From Pyrinomonadaceae bacterium (GTDB taxonomy: Bacteria; Acidobacteriota; Blastocatellia; Pyrinomonadales; Pyrinomonadaceae), in the NCBI GenBank assembly GCA_035317005.1, contig DATHHW010000137.1, positions 384-64,383 on the forward strand: a stretch of 64,000 nt of DNA. Direction: 5' to 3'. This document shows positions 36,592 through 45,750 of this stretch, one piece after another (positions within the stretch are counted from its first letter, which is position 1; each line of letters opens with the position of its first letter). The translations under genes and the position numbers were made by a program. A model generated the notes under the pieces. That model was not told the origin of the DNA. It was given only the letters and a program-made list of their open reading frames with translations, and searched no databases.

Positions 36592-37771
36592 TTATGTTTT
36601 GATCGCCGCCAGGATTCTCTTGAACAATTCATTGGCGCCGCGGTCCTGATGCCAGCGCCACACGACCACGAGATCGTGTTCAGGGTCGATCCAGATTGTG
36701 CTTGAGCCGGCGCCCAGGGCGGCAAAACTTGTTTTGGGCGCGCTCGGGTACTGTTTGCCTTGAGTGTTAAGCCACCAGAGATAGCCGTAGTCCTGGCCAA
36801 TCTTCGTTGGCGTCGTGGCCATTTTGATCCAACTCTCGGAAACGATCTGTTTGTTCTTCCACTTACCCCGGTGCAGAATCAGGTAACCGAAGCGGGCCTC
36901 GTCGCGCGCGCTGATCCACAAGCCGCCGCCCCAGCGCGTGCCGCCGCTCACCGAATCCATTTTCTTGCCGTTGATGACAACCTGAGAATTAAAGTAGCCG
37001 TGATACTGCCACGTGTTAGAAGCACCAATGCGATCCATGACTTCATCTTTCAGCACCTGCGGCAGGGGCTTCTTCCATACTTCCAAGAGCGTGAGCGACA
37101 TGCGATTGATGCGCACGTCGTTGTATTCCCAGAAGGTGCCCGGCTCTTTTATTTCGCGCGGACGACGCTGGCCGCGGCCGAATTCTTCGACGCCGAGGAA
37201 GTTGCTGTTCTTACCCCACATCGAACCTTCCCACTCACTGGTTTGCTGCAAATGATTTTCCCAGGTGACTTTCGCATTGTGCGGAGAGTCGTACCCGCCA
37301 TCAGTCGCGTATTGTTTCATTGGATCGTGCGCTCTTGATCATTCCACGATCGACGGCCATACCGACTAAGGTGGAAAGAAAACTCTTGGCGATGCTGTAA
37401 GTCGGAGAGACATCGTTTGTGTCGCCCCATTCAGCGACGATAAAGCCATGCCGAATGATGATCCCATTCGTCTCGCCGCGCGACTTTGGCAAAGGTCCGA
37501 GCACGCGGCCGAAGGTTTCGACCTGCGTGGAAAAGTCAGCCGGCATCGTACTGGGTTGCGTCTTGGCATAAGCTACCGCCTGTTCCAACAGAGCACTGTC
37601 CATGCCCTCGTCTTCAGGCCGACGGCGCTGCCAACTATCACCTGGAGCTGGGTAGTAGACGGCCGGTTGTTTGTTCTGCGAATGAACCGGCAGCGGATTG
37701 CGCAACGTGATGCCGCCACTACAAAGAACAAGCAGCAGGCTCCAAAATCTGAATTGTCGTCTGATGTTCAT
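36592..37771 (-). pseudogene. Beta-lactamase-family serine hydrolase split by a frameshift
   Basis: The N-terminal ORF 37301..37771 has a signal peptide and the S-x-x-K motif (YSIAKSF). C-terminal ORF 36592..37320 continues the same fold. The frames switch near 37325..37335 (IKSA|HDPMKQY). Confidence 0.7.
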
Positions 37772-37810
37772 GTTATTGGTCTTGAGTTTCTAAATTGACT
37801 TTGTAGACCG

Positions 37811-37888
37811 TTTCTTTCGTGTGACTTCGTGGATCGAGGTTTTCGCCGCGGAGGACGATCCACGAAATCACACGAAAAATCACGAAAC
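37811..37888. repeat. Family D palindromic element
   Basis: tttcgtgtgacttcgtggatcg ... cgatccacgaaatcacacgaaaaatcacgaaa. Confidence 0.85.
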
Positions 37889-37926
37889 GCATCCTGAGTT
37901 GAAACCGCATGAACGCGACTGAATCT

Positions 37927-38781
37927 TCAGATCGTCGGCAGCTCTTTCGGCTTGGGCCCGCGCGGAAATGCTTTGTCGATCCGAGAAAGCTCTTCCTCGC
38001 TCAATCGCAAGCTCGCGGCTTTTGCATTGTCTTTGACGTGTTTCGGTTTGGAAGCTTTCGGGATTGCAAACATCGCCGGCCAACGCAAAAGAAAACTGAG
38101 AGCCACCTGGCGCGGCGTCGCTTCATGGGCTGCGGCTATTTCCTGCAGCACGCGGCCTTCGCGGGTACTCGCGTCGGGAAAATCTCCCGAGCCGAACGGG
38201 CTATACGCCGTGACCGCGGCTTGGTGCTCTGCACACCAGGGGATCACGGCATGCTCGATCGCACGCTCTTGCAAGTGATAGAGGACCTGATTGCAGACGA
38301 GATGATGCTCGTCGACGTTCCCGACAATTTCCAAAGCTTCGTCGAGGTCTGCTTCATCAAAGTTGCTTACGCCCCAGGAAAGGATCTTGCCTTCGCGATG
38401 AAGCTGATCGAATGCGGCAAAAGTGTCTTCCAGCGAATACTCGCCACGCCAATGTAAGAGGTAGCAATCAAGCCGATCGGTCCTGAGTCGAGTGAGCGAT
38501 TTCTCACATGCGGTGACCGTTTTCTTGCGCGAGGCATTCTCAGGCAGGACCTTTGAAACCAGAAAGATCTCGTGGCGTCGCCCGGAGATCGCTTCGGCAA
38601 CCAATTCTTCTACCCTGCCCTCGCCGTACATCTCAGCAGTGTCGATGTGGTTCATGCCGAGATCGAGACCCGTTTGCAAAGCGGTGATCGCCTGCGCGCG
38701 ATCGTCTTGCTCAAGGTTCCAGGTCCCTTGCCCAACGATCGCAACCTCTCTTTGTGTCAGACCGAACTGGCGGTATTCCAT
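37927..38781 (-). CDS. Aldo/keto reductase
   Basis: Start set at MEYRQFGLTQREVAIVGQGTW. DTAEMYGEG, LDCYLLHW and SPFGSG are typical AKR motifs. Confidence 0.85.
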   Translation of the reverse strand: MEYRQFGLTQREVAIVGQGTWNLEQDDRAQAITALQTGLDLGMNHIDTAEMYGEGRVEELVAEAISGRRHEIFLVSKVLPENASRKKTVTACEKSLTRLRTDRLDCYLLHWRGEYSLEDTFAAFDQLHREGKILSWGVSNFDEADLDEALEIVGNVDEHHLVCNQVLYHLQERAIEHAVIPWCAEHQAAVTAYSPFGSGDFPDASTREGRVLQEIAAAHEATPRQVALSFLLRWPAMFAIPKASKPKHVKDNAKAASLRLSEEELSRIDKAFPRGPKPKELPTI

Positions 38782-38904
38782 TTGGGAAATGTTACTGCAC
38801 AGATGTTCGTTTCTCGACACCGATCTTATGCAGATCGTTAGCCGAGTACAAAAGAATCAGCAGGCGTCGGCCAGGTAACAGCGCCGTGTCAGAAATAGAT
38901 TTGT

Positions 38905-39066
38905 TCCCTCTCCCTTGGAAGAGGGTTAGGGTGAGGGGCCTAAGCGCGCGCCAGACTCTACCACCGATTGTCGTGCCTAATCACAACGCATGTTCAAAAA
39001 GGGACTTCGCGCTAAGCTTCGCCCCCTCTCCCTTGACCCTCTCCCAGCGGGAGAGGGGAATAAGAC
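38905..39066. mobile_element. Family F MITE-like element, direct copy 1 flanking efpL
   Basis: ttccctctcccttggaagagggttagggtgaggggcctaag ... cttcgcgctaagcttcgccccctctcccttgaccctctcccagcgggagaggggaataag. Confidence 0.8.
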
Positions 39067-39139
39067 TGAGTTCCAAAACTGCTGGTGCTACAAGTCCTCT
39101 TCTCCAAACCGCTCTCCCGGGGGAAAGGAGAGTCCACAT

Positions 39140-39712
39140 CTAAGCCCGGCCCGCCACTTCGCCCGTCAGTGTGTTCACCCGCACGACTTCACCTTCCTTG
39201 ATAAAAAGCGGCACCCGCACAGCGAGGCCGGTCTCCAGCGTCGCCTGCTTGCTGGCTCCTCCGGCGGCAGTGTCGCCGCGCATGCCCAGTTCGGTAGACG
39301 CCACCGCGAGTTCAACGTATTGAGGGAGCTGTAACGAAACTGGCGCGCCGTTATACTTCAAAACCTGGAGCGACACACCCTCCTTGAGATAGCCGCGATC
39401 AGGCTCAACGTCTTCGGCGTTAAAAGTAAACTGCTCGTAACTTTTCTCGTCCATGAAATGAAAACCGTGCGCGTCGTTATAAAGAAAAGACGCGGGGACC
39501 AACTCAACGTCCGGCTCTTCAAACTTCTCCGTCGCACGGAAACTTTTTTCCAGGACCGCGCCGGTCAGCAAGTGCCGCAACTTTGTGCGGACCATCGTGG
39601 CCGCGCCACGCGCCGTCGGCGAAGCAAAGAAAACTTCGAGGACGACGTAGGGTTGCCCTTCAACCCCGATCAGGAGTTTTCGTTTTAGTTCGTTGGCCGT
39701 TATCAGCGCCAT
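39140..39712 (-). CDS. efpL: Elongation factor P-like protein, EfpL/YeiP subfamily
   Basis: 190-aa EF-P architecture. The tip-loop region FASPTARGAATMVRTKL matches the SPTARGAAT loop of E. coli YeiP rather than the PGKG loop of canonical EF-P. Confidence 0.75.
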   Translation of the reverse strand: MALITANELKRKLLIGVEGQPYVVLEVFFASPTARGAATMVRTKLRHLLTGAVLEKSFRATEKFEEPDVELVPASFLYNDAHGFHFMDEKSYEQFTFNAEDVEPDRGYLKEGVSLQVLKYNGAPVSLQLPQYVELAVASTELGMRGDTAAGGASKQATLETGLAVRVPLFIKEGEVVRVNTLTGEVAGRA

Positions 39713-39798
39713 TTAAGATTCATTCCTCCCTAAGCTCGCACAAGGATAAGCGAGATCGATCAAAAGTCTGAAGTGGGGTCGTGTGATCTGTGGGTCTT

Positions 39799-39950
39799 TC
39801 TCCCTCTCCTTTTGGGAGAGGGTTGGGGTGAGGGCCTGAGCGAGAACCCACTCTTAGTTATTGTTGTCGTGGTCAAACACGATAGTACTTAAAAATACTT
39901 CGCCCTAAGCTTCGCACCCTCCCCTAACCCCTCCCAATGGGAGGGGAAGA
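39799..39950. mobile_element. Family F MITE-like element, direct copy 2 flanking efpL
   Basis: ttctccctctccttttgggagagggttggggtgagggcctgag ... cttcgccctaagcttcgcaccctcccctaacccctcccaatgggaggggaag. The interior is also similar to copy 1. Confidence 0.8.
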
Positions 39951-40059
39951 AACCAGAATGAAGAATCTACTTTGAATAGGCTTGTCTAACGACCTTCCGC
40001 CAGTTCACCAAACAGACGCTTACAGAGGCCGTGGGGAATGACCTCGAGCTCCAACGGTT

Positions 40060-43000
40060 TCAGGATCCAACCTGGCGCAGCAAATCCGCAAAGCGTTGAT
40101 CCGAGCGGAGGGCGTCGAGCCGCGGATCGACCTTAAGCCAGACCAAAAAGTACTCACGATTCGTGTACGCTTTGTTAAGTTCAGCGAAAGCCTGGTCTTT
40201 CTCGCCGAGTTCGGCAAGGAATCTGGCCGCGATGGATGAAGACAAATCAGCCGGACGTTTCTCACCCGTGATGGTGCGCAGAAAGCCCTGCCAACCTCCT
40301 TTGGCAAAACTGTCTCTGATCATCGTTGCATTTTGAAAGTTGCCGGTGAGCTCCTGGAACTTGGCAAATTCGTCGACGCTCTCAGGATAGTTACCCTTCA
40401 ATTGGTAAGCCGTGGACAGACTGTAATGCGCCCGCGCAAAATTTGGATCCAGCTCAACCGTCTTCTTTAGTTGCGCTACGCTCTCGTCATAGCGGCGCGA
40501 AAAGAACAAGCACTCTCCATACATCCGGTTGATGGTCAGCGAGAGCGGTTCGATCTCCAGCGCCCGCCGGAATTCAGCAAATGCCTCATCCGGACGGCCG
40601 CGGTGCGTGAGCAGCTCGCCGTAATACTGGCGGGCCGTCGCGTAATTCGGGTTCAGTTCGAGCGCCCGCTTGAACTCGCGCTCAGCCGCGACAAAGTCAT
40701 AATCGTAACCGCTGAGAACATACCCCAGCGAAGTATGGGCTTCGGCCAACTCTTCATCGATTGCCAAAGCTTTCTGAGCATTCTCCCTCGCTTTGGGCAT
40801 CAGTTCAGCAGGAGGCATTCCGCCATAGCCGGAGAGAATTGCCTGAGCATCCGAGAGACCCGCATACGCCAGCGCATAGTTCGGGTCAAGCGAAATTGCC
40901 TGTTTGAAATACTCGATCGATTGCTGCAAATCTTTCGTTGTTCGCTTGTTCCAGTAGAAACGTCCGCGCAAGTAAAGCTGATAGGCTCCGGCATTCGCGG
41001 TGTAACTTTTCGCCAGCTTACGCTGATCCGTATCCGTTACTTTGGCTTGCAGGTTGGTTGAGATGTCGCGCGCAATGTCCTTTTGTAACGCGACCAGGTC
41101 GGTCGCGGCGCGATTATATGTTTGCCCCCAAACCTGGTTGCCGGTCCTCGTGTCCACCAACTCCAGACTGAGCGTCAATTGATCGCCGCGCTGCGTAACG
41201 CGTCCGTTCACGACGGATTGGACGTTCAAGTCCGAACCAAGCTGCTGCGCGTCTACGTCCTTACCCTTATATCTAAACACCGAACTGCGCGGCTTGACCG
41301 AAAGGCTGGGCAACTGCGAGAGGTTATTGATCAGCTGCTCAGTCATGCCATCAGACAAATACTCGACGTCGGCATTACCGCTGGCGTTTACGAACGGCAT
41401 TACTGCAAGAGACTTAATGCCTGCCGGTGGATTGGGCGCGCGATAGTAAAACCAGATTCCCAGCGTTGTGACAGCGAGCAGCAACATGGCAACCAGGGCC
41501 ACGACCCGGTAACGGATCGATCCCTCGCCCGGCTGAGGGTCACCTGAGGTCGGGCGCGCTTCGGCGATGCTCGTCGGCTGCTCGGACAAACCAACTTCAG
41601 TTTTACTGGTTGCGGCCGCCGGTTTGTTTTCAGCGTCTGAGACGTCAGGGCCGGGCGCGCTCGAGCGGTTTATCTCAGACTGAATATCCAGATCGCGACG
41701 CAGGCTCTTAAGATCGATCATTAGGTCGCGCGCGGTCTGGTAGCGGCTGTCGCGATCCTTGGTCAGAGCTTTGCGGACGATGCGTTGTAGTTCCGCTGGG
41801 GTCTCTGGCGCGAAGGTAGTTAGCGGCGGCGGCTCGGTCTCCAGAATTGAAACGACGGTATGGCTTTTGGTCTCGCCGCGGAATGGCGCCCGCCCCGCCA
41901 CCATCTCGTAAAGCACGACGCCCAGACTCCAGCTGTCCGTGCGCGCATCGAGGTCGAGGCCGCGCGCCTGTTCGGGCGACATGTACGCCGGAGTGCCGAG
42001 GACTCTGCCGGGATCAGTCAGCACCAGCGCGCGGGTGTCGGCTTCATGATCGATCATCTCGCGCGCGTGATCTTCCAAAAGCTTGGCCAAACCAAAGTCG
42101 AGCACCTTCACGATCCCATCGTGGCGCACCATGATGTTTTCCGGCTTGATGTCGCGATGCACAATTCCCGCGCCGTGAGCGGCGGTCAGCGCGAACGCAG
42201 CCTGCTGCGCCACGTCCAGGGCTTCATCGATTTTCATGCGCCCGCGCTTTATTCGCGCGCGCAGGGTCTCGCCATCGATATACTCAGCCGCGATAAAATG
42301 CGCGCCACTCTCAGCGCCGATTTCGTGAATGGTGAGCAGATTCGGATGATTAAGCGCGGAGGCAGTGCGGGCTTCCTGCTGAAAGCGGCGCAGCCTTTCT
42401 TTGTCGTTGGTGAATTCAGCCGGCAAGGTCTTGAGCGCAACCTTGCGGCCCAACTTCGTGTCTTCCGCCAGGTAAACTTCGCCCATGCCGCCCACGCCGA
42501 GAAAAGAAATGATCGTGTAACGGTCCGGCAGATCGCTTCGTTTCAAATCAGGTTTCGCCAACCTGGCGGAACTTGAGGATTGCCTTAGCGCCGAAGTTTC
42601 TTCGGCTCCGAGAAAGTGACGCACCTCTTTGACGAACATGTCCCAGGAAGGATCGCCTTCGAGCAACAAATGATTTCGGCCATTAAGCGGAACAAAGCGC
42701 GCGCCCGGAATCGTGCCCGCGAGTGTGCGGCCTTCTTCGAACGGGACACCCGATTCGTCCCGGCAGTGCAGCACCAGCGTGGGCACTTTCACCTGCGGCA
42801 AAAGATTCGCCACGTCGATGTTGCCCATGATGTTCAGGAGCTTGACCGCATTTTCGGGCGAGGTCGAAACGCGTTGCAGGTCATTGAATGACTGCGCCTG
42901 TTCCGGCGTCGCGTCGGGCGCATAAAGGGAGGTCCACAGTTGACGGAACGCGGGATTGTCTTTGCCCCAACCCAATCTAACCAGGGTCAGCGCCGCCTGT

Positions 43001-43437
43001 CTTTGCTCGATCTCTTCGGGTGAGTCTCGCATCGCCCAACCTCGCGCGTAGGCGCCGTAAAGAATCAGGTGCGAAACTTTTTCGGGATGACGAACAGCGT
43101 AAGCGATGGCCACCGCGCCGCCCTGCGAAATGCCCAGCAAGGGAAACCGGTCCAGTTTTGCGGCTTCGACTACTGAGTCGAGGTCTTCGACCCACGCGTC
43201 AAATGACAAATCCGAGACGTTCCAATCAGACAGGCCATTACCGCGCTCGTCATAGCGGATGAAGGTATGATCGCGCGCGAACTCAGCCAAAAGGTGACGC
43301 CAGACCGGACTGCGCCAATCGAATTCCAGATGGCTGAGCCAGTTCGCTGCCTTCACCAGAGGCGGCCCTTCGCCAACCGTGGCGTACGCGATCCGCACGC
43401 CGTCATGAGTGGTGCAAAAATGGATTTGCTGTTCCAT
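40060..43437 (-). CDS. Alpha/beta-hydrolase + Ser/Thr kinase + TM + TolB-N-like + TPR multidomain protein
   Basis: N-terminal hydrolase fold with GISQGGA nucleophile elbow. Kinase motifs GVGGMGEVY, HRDIKPEN, DFG, SPEQ. TM segment VVALVAMLLLAVTTLGIWFYY. LAVMPFVNASGNADVEYLSDGMTEQLI. TPR repeats. Confidence 0.85.
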   Translation of the reverse strand: MEQQIHFCTTHDGVRIAYATVGEGPPLVKAANWLSHLEFDWRSPVWRHLLAEFARDHTFIRYDERGNGLSDWNVSDLSFDAWVEDLDSVVEAAKLDRFPLLGISQGGAVAIAYAVRHPEKVSHLILYGAYARGWAMRDSPEEIEQRQAALTLVRLGWGKDNPAFRQLWTSLYAPDATPEQAQSFNDLQRVSTSPENAVKLLNIMGNIDVANLLPQVKVPTLVLHCRDESGVPFEEGRTLAGTIPGARFVPLNGRNHLLLEGDPSWDMFVKEVRHFLGAEETSALRQSSSSARLAKPDLKRSDLPDRYTIISFLGVGGMGEVYLAEDTKLGRKVALKTLPAEFTNDKERLRRFQQEARTASALNHPNLLTIHEIGAESGAHFIAAEYIDGETLRARIKRGRMKIDEALDVAQQAAFALTAAHGAGIVHRDIKPENIMVRHDGIVKVLDFGLAKLLEDHAREMIDHEADTRALVLTDPGRVLGTPAYMSPEQARGLDLDARTDSWSLGVVLYEMVAGRAPFRGETKSHTVVSILETEPPPLTTFAPETPAELQRIVRKALTKDRDSRYQTARDLMIDLKSLRRDLDIQSEINRSSAPGPDVSDAENKPAAATSKTEVGLSEQPTSIAEARPTSGDPQPGEGSIRYRVVALVAMLLLAVTTLGIWFYYRAPNPPAGIKSLAVMPFVNASGNADVEYLSDGMTEQLINNLSQLPSLSVKPRSSVFRYKGKDVDAQQLGSDLNVQSVVNGRVTQRGDQLTLSLELVDTRTGNQVWGQTYNRAATDLVALQKDIARDISTNLQAKVTDTDQRKLAKSYTANAGAYQLYLRGRFYWNKRTTKDLQQSIEYFKQAISLDPNYALAYAGLSDAQAILSGYGGMPPAELMPKARENAQKALAIDEELAEAHTSLGYVLSGYDYDFVAAEREFKRALELNPNYATARQYYGELLTHRGRPDEAFAEFRRALEIEPLSLTINRMYGECLFFSRRYDESVAQLKKTVELDPNFARAHYSLSTAYQLKGNYPESVDEFAKFQELTGNFQNATMIRDSFAKGGWQGFLRTITGEKRPADLSSSIAARFLAELGEKDQAFAELNKAYTNREYFLVWLKVDPRLDALRSDQRFADLLRQVGS

Positions 43438-43518
43438 GCTGGACGGCGCGCATTCTATCTGAGATGAGGAGTAGGAGGCTAGAGAGATTCAGCTCGTTGC
43501 AGGCTTGTGAAAAGTCGG

Positions 43519-43596
43519 AACACGACCCACGAAATCACACGAAGCCACACGAAGGCGGCCCATGTTTCGTGTCATTTCGTGTGATTTCGTGGATCG
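43519..43596. repeat. Family D palindromic element (arms in swapped order)
   Basis: cgacccacgaaatcacacgaagccacacgaa ... ttcgtgtcatttcgtgtgatttcgtggatcg. Confidence 0.85.
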
Positions 43597-43630
43597 CTTT
43601 TGCGGCTTACCGTCTCCAGTTTAGTCCGTC

Positions 43631-44863
43631 CTACGCCGCCTCGTTGATCTCTTTCACCGCCCGCAGCCCCGATTGTAAAGCGCCCTGCATCCACGATGAC
43701 GCGGCCGAAAGATGTTCGCCGGCAAAATGGATGCGGCCTTCGGGCGCGGTGATCCGGACAAAGTCTCTGGGGTTGACGAAAGACCAGGCGCCGCGCGACC
43801 ACTCGTCTTCCATCCAAACTTTCGACGTGCCGCCTTCGAAGTTCTCGCGCAGGCCGGGGAAGATGTCGTCGAGTTGAGTCAGCGTTGAACTGATTCGATC
43901 GGCTTCCTTCAAACTGGCAATGCGCTCGGCCTGGCCCGGCCGCGCATACGTCATCAAGATGCCGCGCGGTCCCGGTTGGCTCCAGGTGGGTTGCCAGATT
44001 TCGATGGCTTCATTGGTAAACGCAAAGCCGCTCATTCCCTTCTCTTCCCACGACCTCTTCTTCGCTTGCAGATAGACGCGGGACACGCCGTCATACTGCT
44101 GTTTGCGAATAATGTCTTGCTTAACTTGAGACAGACTCGCGGGCAACTCAATCTGACGCAGCACGGAAAACGGAATCGTGCACAGCAGGCGATCGGCGCT
44201 GATGGTTTGCGCGCTGCCGCCGTGAAGAAAAACGGCGCGAACGCTATTGGCATCCTGCTCGATGCGCACGACCGGCGCGCCATAGTAAATTTTGTCGGCG
44301 AGCCTTTGCGCAAAAGCTTTCGGAAACAGATCTGAGCCGCCTTTGATCTTTGACCACCGAGATGGATTGCCGCCCAACTCACTACCAAAGTTTTTGCCCA
44401 GAGCCTCGGTGAAACCTTCCGGACTAACCAGTCGTCTTGGCCCACCGTCCAGACGGACTGCAGAGAGTCGCGTGGGATACATCGGCTCGAGCGGCACGTC
44501 GAATAGCTTGATGTACTTCAGAGTCAAATCATGATCGTCAGGAATACGCGCAGCGCCTGCCTCCGCATACAGACCGTCAGAGAAAGGCTCCCGCAAGGTG
44601 TGCACGCGTCCACCGGGGCGCATGCGGGCCTCGAGAATGGTCACGTTGTGGCCGAGTTGAGAAAGTTCGTATCCGGCCACCATGCCGGCCAGGCCGGCGC
44701 CCAGAATCAGCACGCGTTTTGGCGTGCCCGGCCCGCGCAAATCAATCAGCGCGTTGGCGACCGATTTTCTCGGGAGTAAAGAAACGCCAGCGGTAGCCAG
44801 GGCGCTGCTCTGTAGAAACTGCCGGCGATTAAGACCGCGAGCTTTCTGTTTTCTGTTGGACAT
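43631..44863 (-). CDS. Tat-exported flavin monoamine/amino-acid oxidase family protein
   Basis: Twin-arginine signal [32 protein letters not shown]...[15 protein letters not shown] dinucleotide-binding motif. Confidence 0.8.
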   Translation of the reverse strand: MSNRKQKARGLNRRQFLQSSALATAGVSLLPRKSVANALIDLRGPGTPKRVLILGAGLAGMVAGYELSQLGHNVTILEARMRPGGRVHTLREPFSDGLYAEAGAARIPDDHDLTLKYIKLFDVPLEPMYPTRLSAVRLDGGPRRLVSPEGFTEALGKNFGSELGGNPSRWSKIKGGSDLFPKAFAQRLADKIYYGAPVVRIEQDANSVRAVFLHGGSAQTISADRLLCTIPFSVLRQIELPASLSQVKQDIIRKQQYDGVSRVYLQAKKRSWEEKGMSGFAFTNEAIEIWQPTWSQPGPRGILMTYARPGQAERIASLKEADRISSTLTQLDDIFPGLRENFEGGTSKVWMEDEWSRGAWSFVNPRDFVRITAPEGRIHFAGEHLSAASSWMQGALQSGLRAVKEINEAA

Positions 44864-45163
44864 TGGGGTGCATCTTAGCCGAGAACTTTCACCTGCGCCA
44901 GATTCTCAGTGGCAAGACTTCTGTCTGTGCTTCCTCTGCTAGCATCACAGACTGAAGTCTATGCCACAAAAATCTCGTCCATGGGCGTTCCGGCCGCGTC
45001 TAAACGCGTTGGTAAGGGGTTCGCCGCGAAAGATAACGTGGGTTTTCGACACGCAGGTCGAATCAGCGTTCTCTCTCCTCCTGCCTCTTCGGAGGCGGAC
45101 CTTGGGCTCTGCAGAACTCGTGCAACCCGGGACCGAATTCAAAATTCAGGAGGAACCGAAACG

Positions 45164-45553
45164 ATGAAAAAGAAACTTTTTCTTTTAGCTTTACTGTGTG
45201 CATCAATGCTGGCGGCGGCGGGAACGGCGACAGCGCAAAGACGGATCGACAAAGGGGAGCGCCGCGAGCTGCGCGCCGATCACCGGGAAATCCGAGCCGA
45301 TACCCGAGACATCCGCGGCGACCGTCGCGATATTCGCGAAGATGTCCGAGATCGCCGAGGCGACGTCCGCGAATTTCGTCAGGACAAGCGCGAGGGCGGG
45401 TCGCCAGTCGAGTTGCGAGCAGATCGACAGGAGATCAGAGTCGATACGCACGACCTCCGCACCGATCGCCGGGATATCCGCGGAGACTTTCGCGATCGAC
45501 GAGGCGATGTTCGTGACTTCAGGCAAGATCGCCGAGAGGCGCGCCACAATTAA
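45164..45553 (+). CDS. Secreted Arg/Asp heptad-repeat protein
   Basis: AGGAGGA RBS and ATG 45164. Signal peptide MKKKLFLLALLCASMLAAAGTATA. About 12 heptads of x-R-(D/E)-h-R-x-D in two ~46-aa blocks. A terminator lies downstream. Confidence 0.7.
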   Translation: MKKKLFLLALLCASMLAAAGTATAQRRIDKGERRELRADHREIRADTRDIRGDRRDIREDVRDRRGDVREFRQDKREGGSPVELRADRQEIRVDTHDLRTDRRDIRGDFRDRRGDVRDFRQDRREARHN

Positions 45554-45580
45554 CGAGCATTGGGAGAGGCCAATGGGATC

Positions 45581-45646
45581 GGGGCAGTAGCCCGACCGTA
45601 AGGGAGGGCTTTGCAAAAGCGGCGACAAGTCGCCGCACTCCAAAAG
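45581..45646. repeat. Family A half-element fused to a family B unit
   Basis: ggggcagtagcccgaccgtaagggagggc immediately followed by aaaagcggcgacaagtcgccgcactccaaaag. Confidence 0.8.
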
Positions 45647-45714
45647 ATCAGCGTGACTAAAGTTTCAACCCGGAGGGGCTGAAATCCGGATAACCTGTTT
45701 GGTCACGCTGCCGG

Positions 45715-45749
45715 GGACGAGTGTTGAGGCACACTCGTCCTCTTTTTTC
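45715..45749 (+). terminator. Rho-independent terminator
   Basis: ggacgagtgt-tgaggc-acactcgtcc followed by tcttttttc. Confidence 0.7.
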
Positions 45750-45750
45750 T

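Noticed and set aside
36760-37338. 192-aa plus-strand ORF over the serine-hydrolase pseudogene
   Set aside because: It is antisense to sequence with clear beta-lactamase-family similarity. It is Arg/Ala-rich with no motifs.
40471-42576. ORFs 40471..41061 and 41860..42576 antisense to the hydrolase-kinase-TPR gene
   Set aside because: The opposite strand carries unmistakable kinase and TPR motifs. These frames are Arg-rich shadows.
43464-43877. ORFs that read through repeat elements (also 7591..7812, 9340..9684, 26672..26990, 50063..50479, 52757..53023)
   Set aside because: Their recurring peptides (DPRNHTKPHE, SLTVGLL, RAFGAEA, RKGRRGFRRGTQRK) are simply translations of palindromic repeats in either orientation. 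They are not independent genes.
44909-45163. Upstream extension of the Arg/Asp-repeat ORF
   Set aside because: It runs through a family C repeat unit and has no signal peptide. ATG 45164 has an AGGAGGA RBS and starts a clean signal peptide.
45164-45553. Four RGD tripeptides as possible integrin-binding motifs
   Set aside because: In a sequence made almost entirely of R, D and G at fixed heptad positions, RGD arises by composition. There is no reason to infer a eukaryote-directed function.
45196-45643. Three alternative-frame ORFs (two plus, one minus) over the Arg/Asp repeat region
   Set aside because: They are open only because the CGN/GAY-rich heptad repeat lacks stop codons in other frames. 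Only the frame starting at 45164 has an RBS and a signal peptide.
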